From an uncultured bacterium (GTDB lineage: Bacteria; Patescibacteriota; Kazan-3B-28), in contig OY968788.1 of NCBI GenBank assembly GCA_963695435.1, positions 207,424 to 271,423 on the forward strand: a stretch of 64,000 nucleotides of DNA, written 5' to 3'. Positions within the stretch are counted from its first letter, which is position 1. Each line of letters opens with the position of its first letter. Position numbers and translations under genes: made by a program. The notes under the pieces were generated by a model that saw only the letters and a program-made list of their open reading frames with translations, ran no database searches and was not told the origin of the DNA. This document shows positions 28,451-38,974 of the stretch, in pieces.

Positions 28451-29057
28451 GAAAACTAATAGAATTTGGATAAATCTTGCTCAAGCGGGGTTATTTCTTG
28501 TTCTGGTTGTTTTGATAATGAACTGGGGTTATTTTGCTAAGCAAGTATCGGCTTGGTGGATTTATGATGTACTGGATCAAAATTCGACCGAAGATGTGGC
28601 GCTGGATGTTATAAGCGGTCAGGCAGATAGATTAGCAATCCCCGATTTGGGGTTGAATGTTCCACTGGTGTATGTAGACTCAACTGACGAGGTGACTTTT
28701 CAGAGAGGCTTAGAAAGCGAAGTGGTGCATTATCCAAGTACGGCGTTGCCGGGTGAATTGGGGAATGCGTATTATTTCGGACATTCATCCGATTACGCAT
28801 TCAAAAAAGGAAATTTCAAAACAGTATTTGCGATATTGCCTAAAATAGAAATTGGCGCCAAAGTTTATGCTACTAATGCATCGGGAAAACAATTTGTCTA
28901 TACAGTGACAGAGAAAAAGATTGTTGGTCCACAGGATGTGAGTGTGTTGTCGCAGGGCGGTAAAACGGAGAAGATTTTGACTTTGCAAACCTCTTGGCCA
29001 CTCGGGACGGCTCTAAAACGCTATGTAGTAATCTGCGAGATACAGAATCAGGTATAA
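28428..29057 (+). CDS. Sortase-family protein
   Basis: N-terminal TM, HYP..ALPG..GN...FGHSS, LTLQTSWP...KR. Confidence 0.8.
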   Translation: MMKRKKSKKTNRIWINLAQAGLFLVLVVLIMNWGYFAKQVSAWWIYDVLDQNSTEDVALDVISGQADRLAIPDLGLNVPLVYVDSTDEVTFQRGLESEVVHYPSTALPGELGNAYYFGHSSDYAFKKGNFKTVFAILPKIEIGAKVYATNASGKQFVYTVTEKKIVGPQDVSVLSQGGKTEKILTLQTSWPLGTALKRYVVICEIQNQV

Positions 29058-29064
29058 TAGGCGG

Positions 29065-30438
29065 GTGGGAAAGTCTAAAAGCTACTTTTTAGTCGGAATC
29101 GGGGGTATCGGGATGCAGGCGGTTGCCCGCCTTTTGAAAGGGCTTGGGCACAGGGTTGCAGGGAGCGATATAGGGGATTTTGAGGCAAGGCCTGATCTAG
29201 AAGAGGTCGGCATTGTCGTACACATTGGTCACGACGCCAGCCATATTACAAAAGAAATTGATGAGTTAATTTATTCAGCAGCAATCCCGGATACCAATGT
29301 GGAAATTCAGCAGGCGAAGAAGCTTGGTCTCCCCGTCCGGCGAAGATTAGAAGTGGTAGGAGAAGTAATGAAAGAAAAGCAGGGCGTTGCGATTAGTGGT
29401 ACGCACGGCAAAACCACTACCACTACAATGCTCACATTGATTTTGCAGGCAGCGGGGCGCAACCCTACTTCGCTGATTGGCGCGGAGGTGAAAAATTTGA
29501 AATCCAATTTTGTTATGGGCAGTGGACCAGTGATGGTAGTGGAGGCGTGCGAATATGACCGAAGTTTTATGGATTTGCGTCCAAAAATTATCGCGCTTAC
29601 TAATATAGAAGCTGATCACTTGGATTATTACAAAGACTTGGAAGATATTAAGTCGGCGTTTGTGGACTTTGTAAAATTATTGCCGAAAGACGGGGTGGTA
29701 ATTGCTAACGGTGATGATGTGAATATTCGGGAAGTTGTGGAACGCGCTCACCCACCGAAAGTAGTTTGGGCGGGGTTGGGAGAAAACAATGATATTCAGG
29801 CGAAAGATTTGGAATTTGTGGAAGGCCGACTGTATTTTTCGGTAAACGGTTCAAGACTCCATTTGCAGGTACCGGGGAGACACAATGTGGCGGATGCGGT
29901 AATGAGTTGGGCGATAGCGCGGGAATTAGGGGTTGATGATGCCACCGTAAAGCACACCTTGCAGGATGAATTTCGTGGGGCGGCGAGAAGATTTGAAATT
30001 ATCGGTACAACGAAAGGCATTACCTTCTTGGATGATTACGCTCATCATCCGACTGAAGTTCACGCTTTGTTGGAAGGGGCGAGGCAGTATTTTCAGGGCA
30101 GGAGATTGATAGTGGTTTTTCACCCGCATCAGTTTAGTCGGACTAGGATTTTGCTGGATGATTTTGCAAAAAGTTTTCATGATGCTGACATGGTGGTGGT
30201 GGCGCCGATTTACGCGGTGCGCGATAGCGAAGAAGACAAAAAATCGATTAGTAGCGAACGGTTAGTGGAAGCGATAAATGCGGTGAGTAATAACGCAAAA
30301 TTTGCGGGGGATTTTCCGGCAATTAAAGATTTTATGCTAAAGACTGTAAAACCGGGTGATGTGGTAATCACACTGGGCGCCGGACAGGCTAATGTATTTG
30401 GCAGGGAACTATTGGAAGAATTAAGAAACCAGAAGTGA
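29065..30438 (+). CDS. murC: UDP-MurNAc--L-alanine ligase
   Basis: GIGGIGM, GTHGKTTTT, EACEYDRSF, DDYAHHPTE. Confidence 0.95.
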   Translation: MGKSKSYFLVGIGGIGMQAVARLLKGLGHRVAGSDIGDFEARPDLEEVGIVVHIGHDASHITKEIDELIYSAAIPDTNVEIQQAKKLGLPVRRRLEVVGEVMKEKQGVAISGTHGKTTTTTMLTLILQAAGRNPTSLIGAEVKNLKSNFVMGSGPVMVVEACEYDRSFMDLRPKIIALTNIEADHLDYYKDLEDIKSAFVDFVKLLPKDGVVIANGDDVNIREVVERAHPPKVVWAGLGENNDIQAKDLEFVEGRLYFSVNGSRLHLQVPGRHNVADAVMSWAIARELGVDDATVKHTLQDEFRGAARRFEIIGTTKGITFLDDYAHHPTEVHALLEGARQYFQGRRLIVVFHPHQFSRTRILLDDFAKSFHDADMVVVAPIYAVRDSEEDKKSISSERLVEAINAVSNNAKFAGDFPAIKDFMLKTVKPGDVVITLGAGQANVFGRELLEELRNQK

Positions 30439-31313
30439 AACTGCGGTGGGGGTGGAAAATCGGAGCTAAGCGTACTGCGCGGATAAACGGCGCAGAACCT
30501 TTGATGGAAAATGAAGCAGTGCGGCGACGGTTTGAATATCGCAAACAATTACAGCGCAGCACAAAAAAAGAAACAACGGGGAGGAGACTCCGAGTTTTCC
30601 AATTACGCGGTGGGGGTTGGCAAAAATGGCTGGTAGTACCTCTTCTTGTCGGGGTAATTTATTTTGTTTTTGGAAGTAAATTTTTTTTGTTGGATGAATT
30701 GAAAATTACAGGCAATCACCTCTCCACCCAACAGCAAATTCAGGATTTGCTGTTTCCCAAGGGATTTACCAGAGTAAATGCAGTGACTTGGCCGGAGGGA
30801 ATGGCAAGGACAAAATTGTTGAGCAAGATCCCTCAAATTAGCGAGGTGAGCTTTGGCAAAAATTTAATCAACAATTTATTGACCATAGAAATAACAGAAC
30901 ATCAGACTTCGGTGGTGTGGCAGACGGCGGGAGAAAAGTTTTTGGTGAATCGTTACGGAGTGGTTTATGACAAAGCGGAGGACAACACTCCATTGATTTT
31001 GATTGAGGATTTGAAAAATGTGCCGGTGAGCTTGAATCAAAAAGTAGTTGCACCGGACTTTATTGAATTCGTTACCAGCTTCGTTGCGAATCTACCGCGC
31101 AAGACTAATATTTCGATTACTCGGATTACAATTCCTGAAACTACTTTTGAGGTGGAAATGTACACCAATCAAAAGTGGCGGATAATTTTGGATACCACTC
31201 GCCCGCCGGATGAACAGCTAAACGCGTTGGTTAGGGTTTTGCGGGAAATGGCGGATAATCCGCCTAAAGACTATGTAGACCTACGAATACCAAACAAGGT
31301 GTTCTATAAATAG
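30435..31313 (+). CDS. ftsQ: FtsQ/DivIB-like cell division protein
   Basis: TM, POTRA-like I.GN segment, C-terminal YVDLR..NKVFY; dcw position. Confidence 0.75.
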   Translation: MKLRWGWKIGAKRTARINGAEPLMENEAVRRRFEYRKQLQRSTKKETTGRRLRVFQLRGGGWQKWLVVPLLVGVIYFVFGSKFFLLDELKITGNHLSTQQQIQDLLFPKGFTRVNAVTWPEGMARTKLLSKIPQISEVSFGKNLINNLLTIEITEHQTSVVWQTAGEKFLVNRYGVVYDKAEDNTPLILIEDLKNVPVSLNQKVVAPDFIEFVTSFVANLPRKTNISITRITIPETTFEVEMYTNQKWRIILDTTRPPDEQLNALVRVLREMADNPPKDYVDLRIPNKVFYK

Positions 31314-31365
31314 GCAAAAACCCCAGCTTCGACTAGGGTCTTGCAATGAACAGAAAGAACGAGGA

Positions 31366-31536
31366 CTACTTGGTTTTGGTTTTTTTGGGTGACGGAGGCT
31401 CTAGCTTATCCGAGCATTTGTCCAGAAGCGCTTGAGCCCCTTTGATCCATGCTCGAAGACTTCTTCTGTCTCTAGGACTTAGGGAGTCAGATTTGTCCCG
31501 CGTCGCAGTACCTTTCTTTTTCCGCTCCTGTGTCAT
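31366..31536 (-). CDS. Small basic hypothetical protein (56 aa, not in track)
   Basis: gggagagg SD then MTQERKKKGTATRDKSDSLSPRDRRSLRAWIKGAQALLDKCSDKLEPPSPKKTKTK*. Confidence 0.4.
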   Translation of the reverse strand: MTQERKKKGTATRDKSDSLSPRDRRSLRAWIKGAQALLDKCSDKLEPPSPKKTKTK

Positions 31537-31675
31537 TTCCCTCTCCCGAAGTGGATTTTACCGAGGGCATCATATACCCTACTCTCGGCGGGGGGAAGAG
31601 GTGGTATGATTATGGGTGCTTTTGGGGGTGAGTTATGGGTGATGGGTTGCGAGTAATGAACAGGGACTAGAGACT

Positions 31676-33184
31676 ATGAGGCAGGCGCTTTATCGTAAAT
31701 ATCGACCGAAAACACTGTCCGAAGTCGCGGGACAGGATTATGTAAAAATTACTCTCGGCAATCAATTAGCCGCAGGCCAAGTTGGTCATGCATATTTATT
31801 TACGGGGCCAAAAGGTACGGGAAAAACAACAGTAGCAAGAATACTTGCTAAGAGTGTGAATTGTTTAGAGCCCAAAAAAGGTGAGCCGTGCGGCAAATGT
31901 GCGATGTGTGAGGCGTTCGATAACGAACAGATGTTTGATGTAATAGAAATTGACGCGGCATCCAATAATAGCGTGGAAAATGTTCGTGATTTGATCGCAA
32001 AAATAAATTTGGTCCCGACTATTGGGAAATACAAAATTTACATTTTAGATGAAGCTCATCAGCTAAGTAAATCCGCGAGCAATGCGTTGTTGAAGACCCT
32101 AGAGGAACCACCGGCTCACGCGATTTTTGTGTTGGCCACTACCGAGTCGGAAAAACTGTTGCCGACCATAATTTCTCGTTGTCAGCGTTTTGATTTTCGC
32201 TATGTGCCAACGGATGAAGTTGTAAAATATCTTGGTCAGATAGCAAAGGCAGAGAAAATTAAGATATCATCGGACGGGTTGGAATTTATAGCGGGGCATA
32301 GTGGGGGCGGAGTGCGAGACGCGGTAGGGCTGCTTGAGCAAGCATCTTTTATTGAGGGCGAGATCACTCAAGCCACACTAACTGACTGGCTGGGTCTGGT
32401 TGATTGGCAAACGATTTATGAAATGACGGAGTGGCTGGTAAAGAATAATTCAAAAGAAATTTTGGCAAAAATTGATGATCTGTATCACAGCGGCTGTGAT
32501 TTGAACCGATTGACCGCATCGTGGGTTGCTATGTGGCGGCAAATATTAGCGGTTAAGCTTGGTAATGGTGGGAGACTGCCAATAGCCAAAGATCAAGTTA
32601 GTCAGTTGACCTTGCTTTCGAAAGAATTATCGGTTCAGAAAATTTTGACGACATTACAGGAATTGATGTGGGCTGGTCGTGAAATGAAAGGCGCGTTAGT
32701 GCCACAAGTTCCTTTGGAGGTAGCGGTGGTAAAACTAACCCAGTCAACGGAAGAGTCGGTTGTGTCCAAAAATGAGCAAGAGCCACCGGAACCTCCAAGC
32801 TCGGCTTCTATAGGCGAGGAATCGCCTGTCGCTGCTTCTGACGAGGCTCCTAAAGAGCGGGTGAGCCAACAGACTGGCATTACCTCGGACGAGTTGGGTA
32901 TTATCTGGCCCAAGGTGTTAGATCTGGTTCGTTCCTCAAGTCAAACTTTGGCTGCCACTCTCGCTCGCGCGCAGGTTGGGGTTGATGCGGGAGCAGTGGT
33001 GGTAAAATTTACGAGTAGGTTTCACAAGGAGAAGTTGGAGCAAAGGGAAAGCTACGGATTGCTTAAGGGTGCGTTTCAGGAGCTGGGATGTGATGCAAAG
33101 ATTATTTGTGCGATTGAAGTTCCTCCCGCAGAAGAACCAGTCGATGCCCAAAATATTAGTGAAGTGTTTGGAGGAACAGTCTAG
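31676..33184 (+). CDS. dnaX: DNA polymerase III subunit gamma/tau
   Basis: LYRKYRP, GPKGTGKTT, EIDAASN, DEAH, LLKTLEEPP, SRCQRF. Confidence 0.96.
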   Translation: MRQALYRKYRPKTLSEVAGQDYVKITLGNQLAAGQVGHAYLFTGPKGTGKTTVARILAKSVNCLEPKKGEPCGKCAMCEAFDNEQMFDVIEIDAASNNSVENVRDLIAKINLVPTIGKYKIYILDEAHQLSKSASNALLKTLEEPPAHAIFVLATTESEKLLPTIISRCQRFDFRYVPTDEVVKYLGQIAKAEKIKISSDGLEFIAGHSGGGVRDAVGLLEQASFIEGEITQATLTDWLGLVDWQTIYEMTEWLVKNNSKEILAKIDDLYHSGCDLNRLTASWVAMWRQILAVKLGNGGRLPIAKDQVSQLTLLSKELSVQKILTTLQELMWAGREMKGALVPQVPLEVAVVKLTQSTEESVVSKNEQEPPEPPSSASIGEESPVAASDEAPKERVSQQTGITSDELGIIWPKVLDLVRSSSQTLAATLARAQVGVDAGAVVVKFTSRFHKEKLEQRESYGLLKGAFQELGCDAKIICAIEVPPAEEPVDAQNISEVFGGTV

Positions 33185-33322
33185 ACCAATACAAAATACA
33201 AAATCAGCAAATCAGCAAATAAAAATATTTTATAAGATTCTGGACAAGCCAGAATGACGACATTTCCACTCGTCACTCGCGACTCGTAACTCGTTACTTA
33301 TTCTTAATTTTTAATTACTCGT

Positions 33323-34684
33323 ATGAGTCAGGAACTTCCACCACAAAATTTGGATGCTGAAAAATCGCTTCTCGGAGCATTGCTTTTGGATAAAGATTTG
33401 ATTGTGCGGGTAGCGGATACGCTTCGACCGGAAGATTTTTACGATGAACGCCATGGCTTAGTGTATTCTGCGATTTTAGAATTATACGAAGACCGTGAAC
33501 CGGTGGATTTGGTAACGGTAACAGAAAAACTTTCCGGCAAAAATAAGTTGGAACAAGTCGGCGGCGCGACAAAGCTAGCGGCGCTGACAGCCAGTTCGCC
33601 CAGTACGGCGCATGCGGCACAATATGCGGAAATTATTGCCAACAAAGCAACACTTCGAAGACTAATCAGCGCTTCGGCAACGATTGGTGAGTTGGGGTTG
33701 GCTTCGGATTTGAAATTGGATGACGCGCTGGACAGGGCGGAGCAAACTTTATTTAAAGTTTCACGGAAACATCTAAAAAATACTTTTACGCTAGTGAAAG
33801 ATGTTTTGAGTGAAACTTTCGAGCGAATTGATAATTTGCACGAAAATCGGGGACAGCTCCGAGGCATTCCGACTGGTTTTTCCGATTTAGACAATATGTT
33901 GGCGGGACTTCAGGGTTCGGATTTGGTTATAATTGCTGCGCGTCCTAGTATGGGAAAAACTTCGCTGGCGCTGAACATCGCGTTGAATGCGGCGCGCGAT
34001 GGTCATTTTGCGGTTGGATTATTTAGTTTGGAAATGTCAAAGGAGCAATTGATAGATAGGTTGCTGTCCACCCAATCCGGTATTGATGCGTGGAGACTTA
34101 GAACCGGGAACTTGGCTCCGGAAGATTTCGATAAATTATCCGAAGCGATGGGCAAATTGGCAGAGATTCCGATTTTTATTGACGATTCCGGATTTTTGAC
34201 CGTGATGGAGATTAGAACTAAGGCTCGGAGACTTAAAACCGAGCATGGATTGGATTTGCTGGTGATTGACCACATTCAGTTGATGGGAGGTTCGCGGACT
34301 TACGAAGGAAGAGTACAGGAAATTTCTGAAATTTCCCGATCGATGAAAGCTTTGGCGAAAGAATTGGAGATTCCTATTATCGCAGTGTCACAGTTGTCTC
34401 GCGCGGTAGAACAACGGCCAAAGAAAATTCCGCAACTCTCGGATTTGCGGGAATCAGGTTCTATTGAACAGGATGCTGATGTGGTGCTGTTTGTTTATCG
34501 TGAAGAATATTATGAGCCAGATACTGAACGGAAAAACATCGCCGATATCTACATCGCTAAGCATCGAAATGGTCCTACGGGCAAAGTGGAGTTGTATTTT
34601 GATCCCAACAGGATGACTTTCCGAGATTTGGAACGCAGGCATCTAGAGGAGCCGGAGGAAATGTTGGCAGAGGTTCCTGTGTAG
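33323..34684 (+). CDS. dnaB: Replicative DNA helicase
   Basis: PPQNLDAE, AARPSMGKT, SQLSR, DLRESGSIEQDAD, KHRNGPTG. Confidence 0.97.
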   Translation: MSQELPPQNLDAEKSLLGALLLDKDLIVRVADTLRPEDFYDERHGLVYSAILELYEDREPVDLVTVTEKLSGKNKLEQVGGATKLAALTASSPSTAHAAQYAEIIANKATLRRLISASATIGELGLASDLKLDDALDRAEQTLFKVSRKHLKNTFTLVKDVLSETFERIDNLHENRGQLRGIPTGFSDLDNMLAGLQGSDLVIIAARPSMGKTSLALNIALNAARDGHFAVGLFSLEMSKEQLIDRLLSTQSGIDAWRLRTGNLAPEDFDKLSEAMGKLAEIPIFIDDSGFLTVMEIRTKARRLKTEHGLDLLVIDHIQLMGGSRTYEGRVQEISEISRSMKALAKELEIPIIAVSQLSRAVEQRPKKIPQLSDLRESGSIEQDADVVLFVYREEYYEPDTERKNIADIYIAKHRNGPTGKVELYFDPNRMTFRDLERRHLEEPEEMLAEVPV

Positions 34685-34725
34685 GCTTTTGAGAAAGGAA
34701 TGACTGGGCAAGGTATAATAGGGGG

Positions 34726-35976
34726 GTGGATAGAAGGCATTGGTTAGTTGAGTTTTTTAGGTGGGATGCGAGAACGATTCTGGCGGCGTCTTTGGGTTTG
34801 GTAATTTTGATTGGTTTGGCGTGGGCGGCCACGGATTTGAATTTGATAGCGGCATTTGATTTTGGCGGAGCAAGTTTGACAGACAAAGCAGCGGGGATGA
34901 TTCAAGTAAAAGGCAGTTTGTCCACTTATCCAAAACAATCTGGTACTCTAACTTACGGTTGGGTAACTCCCGGGATCAGTGAATTTTCTGACAAAACAGT
35001 AAGTGATTTGATGAAACGAGACTACAACACTGGTTCGTCAGGTTCGATATTCCGCGTAACGGGATTAGAACAAGGCAATTACAGCTTCAGGGCTACCGTT
35101 GGTTCGTCCAGTAATGCGTTGTCTACGCGAATGGCAATCGGGGATACAGCAACTTCGGTGACAGTTCCCGCTGGTACTTGGCAAACAGCAATTTTATCAA
35201 CGGTAGTTGATACCGCAAGTGTGGATCTAGTTTTTGGGAGTGCTAACAACGGAGTTGATTCGTGGGGAATTTGTGGGCTGTCGATTTATTCAATTACGGG
35301 AGGCGTGGCACAGCCTACTTTTGCAGTTGCGACTACACCAGTTCAGCAAACTATCAGCGCAGGCAATACGGTTGTCTTTACGATTGGAGTTACGCCGGTG
35401 GATAATTATGCTAGTTCAGTTGGGGCACAAATCGGCGCGTTGGTAGCGGGAATGACGGCAGAGTTTGTACCGGCTCAATTGAGTACACTCCCTGGCACGA
35501 TGAGCTTGACTATCTATACAACCGAGAAAGTACCATCAGCTAATTATTCTTTGTTAGTAACGGTTACGGGTAGTGATGTAAATCGGACCAAGCGGACAGT
35601 GCCAGTTAGTTTGAATATTACAGCGTCTAATGAACCAACTGTTGACGGTGAAATGCCGGTTTTGCCTTTGAGGACTGCCCAAGAGGTGAAATCAGATTTT
35701 AACAAACTGGATGAGTTTGTGGCGGAAGAGCAGGCAAGGGTGATTGACCGCAACAATTTTCTTGAGATGAAAGGGGTAAGCGACGCACTGTCGAGTATAC
35801 CTACTTATGAGGGTATGCCCGAGCCAAAAACGACCACCGAGTCGATTTTACAGAAACTGGTCACCACGGGTATAATTAGCTCAACTACTGATAGTGCTCC
35901 TGCGGTGCAGGAATCGCCTAAGCCGATTGGGTTCTGGCAAGGGCTGTGGCAAAGTATCTTTAAGTCAGCAACATAA
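34726..35976 (+). CDS. Membrane-anchored surface protein with beta-rich/Ig-like domains
   Basis: N-terminal TM, Thr/Ser/Gly-rich beta-strand segments; GTG lies 6 nt after TATAAT. Confidence 0.7.
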   Translation: MDRRHWLVEFFRWDARTILAASLGLVILIGLAWAATDLNLIAAFDFGGASLTDKAAGMIQVKGSLSTYPKQSGTLTYGWVTPGISEFSDKTVSDLMKRDYNTGSSGSIFRVTGLEQGNYSFRATVGSSSNALSTRMAIGDTATSVTVPAGTWQTAILSTVVDTASVDLVFGSANNGVDSWGICGLSIYSITGGVAQPTFAVATTPVQQTISAGNTVVFTIGVTPVDNYASSVGAQIGALVAGMTAEFVPAQLSTLPGTMSLTIYTTEKVPSANYSLLVTVTGSDVNRTKRTVPVSLNITASNEPTVDGEMPVLPLRTAQEVKSDFNKLDEFVAEEQARVIDRNNFLEMKGVSDALSSIPTYEGMPEPKTTTESILQKLVTTGIISSTTDSAPAVQESPKPIGFWQGLWQSIFKSAT

Positions 35977-35977
35977 G

Positions 35978-36181
35978 ATGCAACTAGTGAACGATGAACT
36001 TGTTAGGGCATTTAAGGCCGAAGCGAAGCGGCAGGAGAATTTTACTAATTCTTTTTGGCGTCAGTTGGCGGTGATTCTGGTTGCGATTGGGATTATTAAT
36101 ATAGTGGGGCCAAAAATTATTTTCTGGCAAACTAATATTTCGGCTGACTGGGGCGGTATCTTTTCGGGTCAGGACAAATAG
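35978..36181 (+). CDS. Small membrane protein
   Basis: ATG right after upstream stop; one hydrophobic segment. Confidence 0.45.
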   Translation: MQLVNDELVRAFKAEAKRQENFTNSFWRQLAVILVAIGIINIVGPKIIFWQTNISADWGGIFSGQDK

Positions 36182-36239
36182 AAAACAGCCGGCTGGGGGA
36201 TGTCCGACAGACCGTTTTTTGATGTGCTAAACTAAACCT

Positions 36240-36989
36240 ATGTCAAAACGAGCAAGAGAGCGTAAAGCTAAAAAGTTAGAAGAGCAGAAAGTGGTGCGTG
36301 CCGAGATGCGTGAGCGTTATAAGGCACAGAATGCCAAATTGCGATGGTGGGTAGGCCGAAGCGGGCTAATGTTGGCTGGGTTGGCGGCAGTAGCGGTGGT
36401 AGTGATAGGCTCGGTTTGGGGATTTCAAAAAGTTAAGTCGTCGCTTGTAGTCAGCGGTCCGTTTGGTACAATCAGTCGCACAGAACTGGCTAATAATAAG
36501 TTTGCTCTGCTTGAGACCAGTGCGGGCAATATCAAGATAGAACTAAATGCCAAGGAAACACCTAAGACGGTGGCAAACTTCGTGTTGCTTGCAAAGAAGA
36601 ATTTCTTTGATGGAATCGCATTTCATCGGGTGATGAAAGATTTTATGATTCAAACCGGTGATCCAAACTCCAAAGATGATGACCCTAGCAATGATGGGAC
36701 AGGCGGGCCGGGGTATCAATTCAATGATGAAAAAATTGTCGGCGAATATACTCGCGGAACAGTAGCGATGGCAAACGCGGGTGCCAATACCAACGGCAGT
36801 CAGTTTTTCATTATGCATAAGGACAATACATCCCTGCCGAAAAGTTATGTGATTTTTGGGAAAGTAGTTGAGGGGATGGATGTGGTAGACAAAATTGCTA
36901 CAATGCCAGTTGAAGATAACGGACAAGGTGAAATTAGTCGGCTGAAAGAAAAAGTTACGATTAGTAAAGTAGTATTGAGCAACCAATAA
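36240..36989 (+). CDS. Cyclophilin-type peptidylprolyl isomerase, membrane-anchored
   Basis: PKTVANF, FHRVMKDFMIQTGDP, AMANAG.NTNGSQFFI. Confidence 0.93.
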   Translation: MSKRARERKAKKLEEQKVVRAEMRERYKAQNAKLRWWVGRSGLMLAGLAAVAVVVIGSVWGFQKVKSSLVVSGPFGTISRTELANNKFALLETSAGNIKIELNAKETPKTVANFVLLAKKNFFDGIAFHRVMKDFMIQTGDPNSKDDDPSNDGTGGPGYQFNDEKIVGEYTRGTVAMANAGANTNGSQFFIMHKDNTSLPKSYVIFGKVVEGMDVVDKIATMPVEDNGQGEISRLKEKVTISKVVLSNQ

Positions 36990-36990
36990 T

Positions 36991-37290
36991 ATGGTATTCG
37001 ATAAAGCAAAAAGAATGTGGCAGCTGCAGTCCAAAGCGCGTGCGATTCAGCGGGAGCTGAAGGGAATGCAGTTTGAAGGTTCGGAATTGGGCGGCAAAGT
37101 ACGAGTGATAGTGGATGGGGAACAGAAGATACAGCTGATAGATATCGCGGAAGAATTGCTGGTTCCGAGCGAAAAAATGGCGGTAGAAAAGTTTATCCGA
37201 CAAGCGGCTAATTCGGCAATTACTAAAGCTCAACAGGCGTCAGCACAAAAAATGAAGGGTGTGGCGGGAGATTTGGGGCTAAATATCTAA
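36991..37290 (+). CDS. YbaB/EbfC nucleoid-associated protein
   Basis: Q.KA..IQ.EL...G...GG.V.V.VDG; directly upstream of recR. Confidence 0.85.
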   Translation: MVFDKAKRMWQLQSKARAIQRELKGMQFEGSELGGKVRVIVDGEQKIQLIDIAEELLVPSEKMAVEKFIRQAANSAITKAQQASAQKMKGVAGDLGLNI

Positions 37291-37293
37291 CTT

Positions 37294-37914
37294 ATGCAGA
37301 GTTTGCCGAAATCTATTGAGCGGTTGATCAACGCAATAAGTCAGTTGCCGGGAATTGGGCCAAAGACAGCTTCGCGGCTGGCTTTTTATTTAGTTAGGAA
37401 CAACACAGTCGATACCAAAAGCTTGGGTGAAGCATTTTTGAATTTGAAAGAGGACATTGTTTATTGTTCTATTTGTCACAACATTGCTGATCAGGATCCG
37501 TGCAAAATTTGTGATGACAAAACTCGTGATCAATCAATCTTGGCGGTTGTGGAAGAACCATTGGATGTTATCGCACTGGAACGAGCAGGGTTTGCAGGTT
37601 TGTATCATGTGCTAGGGGGGAGAATAAGCCCACTGGATGGGATTGGTCCAGCAGAATTGCAAATAGAAAGTCTCGTAGAGCGTCTCTCTGCAAATCCCGA
37701 TATAAAGGAGGTGGTTATAGCCACCAACCCCAATGTAGAAGGCGAGGCGACTGCAGCTTATCTGATAAAAACACTTTCTGGAAGCGGGAAAAAGCTTTCA
37801 AGAATCGCACGGGGGCTCCCGATGGGTGCTGATTTGGAATATGCCGATGATTTGACGCTGGTAAGGGCGCTGGAAGGAAGAAACGAGGTCGGCGAGGTGA
37901 TAAAATCAGAATGA
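37294..37914 (+). CDS. recR: Recombination mediator RecR
   Basis: LPGIGPKTA.RLAF, C4 zinc finger, YHVLGG, ATNPNVEGEATA. Confidence 0.96.
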   Translation: MQSLPKSIERLINAISQLPGIGPKTASRLAFYLVRNNTVDTKSLGEAFLNLKEDIVYCSICHNIADQDPCKICDDKTRDQSILAVVEEPLDVIALERAGFAGLYHVLGGRISPLDGIGPAELQIESLVERLSANPDIKEVVIATNPNVEGEATAAYLIKTLSGSGKKLSRIARGLPMGADLEYADDLTLVRALEGRNEVGEVIKSE

Positions 37915-38822
37915 TGGGTAATAAATTACCGTTTCTACTGCAGGGACTATTCGTAGTATTCCTGTGGTCGGCGTCAAAGATTGTAATGAAAATCGGATTG
38001 GAAGAAATCCCGCCGTATTTTTTTGCTGGTTTATTACAATTATTAGTTTTTGTTCTTTTATTGATTTACACATGGTGGCAAAGAAAGAAATATTCATTCA
38101 AGCTTTCGGCGAAAGATAAATATGTAGCGGTTTTGTCAGGAATTGTGGGTGATGGCGCGGCGATTTTATTTTCAATGATCGGTTTGCAGTATGTGACGGG
38201 TGCTACTGCAGGTTTGATTGCGGCTACTAGTATTATTTTTGCTCTATTGATGGCGGGAATTCTGCTTAGGGAAAAACCGCGCTTGGAACAGTATTTTGGT
38301 ATTGCGGTGCTGGTTGCTGGTGTTGGAGTGTTTTTGGGTAATCAAGTCTTGGGCGGAACATTGTTGGGAGTTGGGATATTGCTTGTGGCGGAAGCGGCGT
38401 ATGCGTTTCATGCCGCAACAAATAGGATGATTTCAAAAACTCACAAGCAGGATATAAGTTTGCCATTAGCTCTACTTGGCAGCGGAGTGGGTGCGCTGAT
38501 TTTGGTTCCTGTCGGATTACTAATGAATGGTGTGCCTAGGGTAGTGTGGGATAGCAGATTGATTTTGGGGATTTTGGCGGTGGCGCTGATATTTGTGTTC
38601 GGAGAACTAATTTGGAATGGTCTACTGGATAAGCTGCAGGTTTTCGAGCTTTCGATTTTGAGCAACACGATGATAATCCAAGTGGCAATACTTTCGGTCA
38701 TCTTTTTGAATGAAACAATAACTACGAATAATATTATGGGCGGGTTATTGGTTTTGCTGGGTGCGGTGGTAGTGGACGGGCGGATGATATTTCCACACGC
38801 TTTTGGGCTAAAGTTAGCGTAA
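37911..38822 (+). CDS. DMT/EamA family transporter
   Basis: About 10 TM segments, two EamA-like repeats ending L.EK/L.E. Confidence 0.85.
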   Translation: MMGNKLPFLLQGLFVVFLWSASKIVMKIGLEEIPPYFFAGLLQLLVFVLLLIYTWWQRKKYSFKLSAKDKYVAVLSGIVGDGAAILFSMIGLQYVTGATAGLIAATSIIFALLMAGILLREKPRLEQYFGIAVLVAGVGVFLGNQVLGGTLLGVGILLVAEAAYAFHAATNRMISKTHKQDISLPLALLGSGVGALILVPVGLLMNGVPRVVWDSRLILGILAVALIFVFGELIWNGLLDKLQVFELSILSNTMIIQVAILSVIFLNETITTNNIMGGLLVLLGAVVVDGRMIFPHAFGLKLA

Positions 38823-38827
38823 ATAAT

Positions 38828-38949
38828 CTCGGAGGGAAAAGACCAGAAAAAGGTCTTTTCCCTTCCGACGCTCCGACAAGTCGGAGCTGCCTCCCTTTTT
38901 CTAGGAGTTCGCAGTCCGAAGTAAATTCGAGACTGCTCACGGATTAGGA
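38828..38949 (+). repeat. ~120-bp three-hairpin repeat, copy 1 (upstream of cysS)
   Basis: Near-identical to 56492-56612. Confidence 0.85.
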
Positions 38950-38974
38950 TAGAATAAGATTAGAAAGTTGAAAG

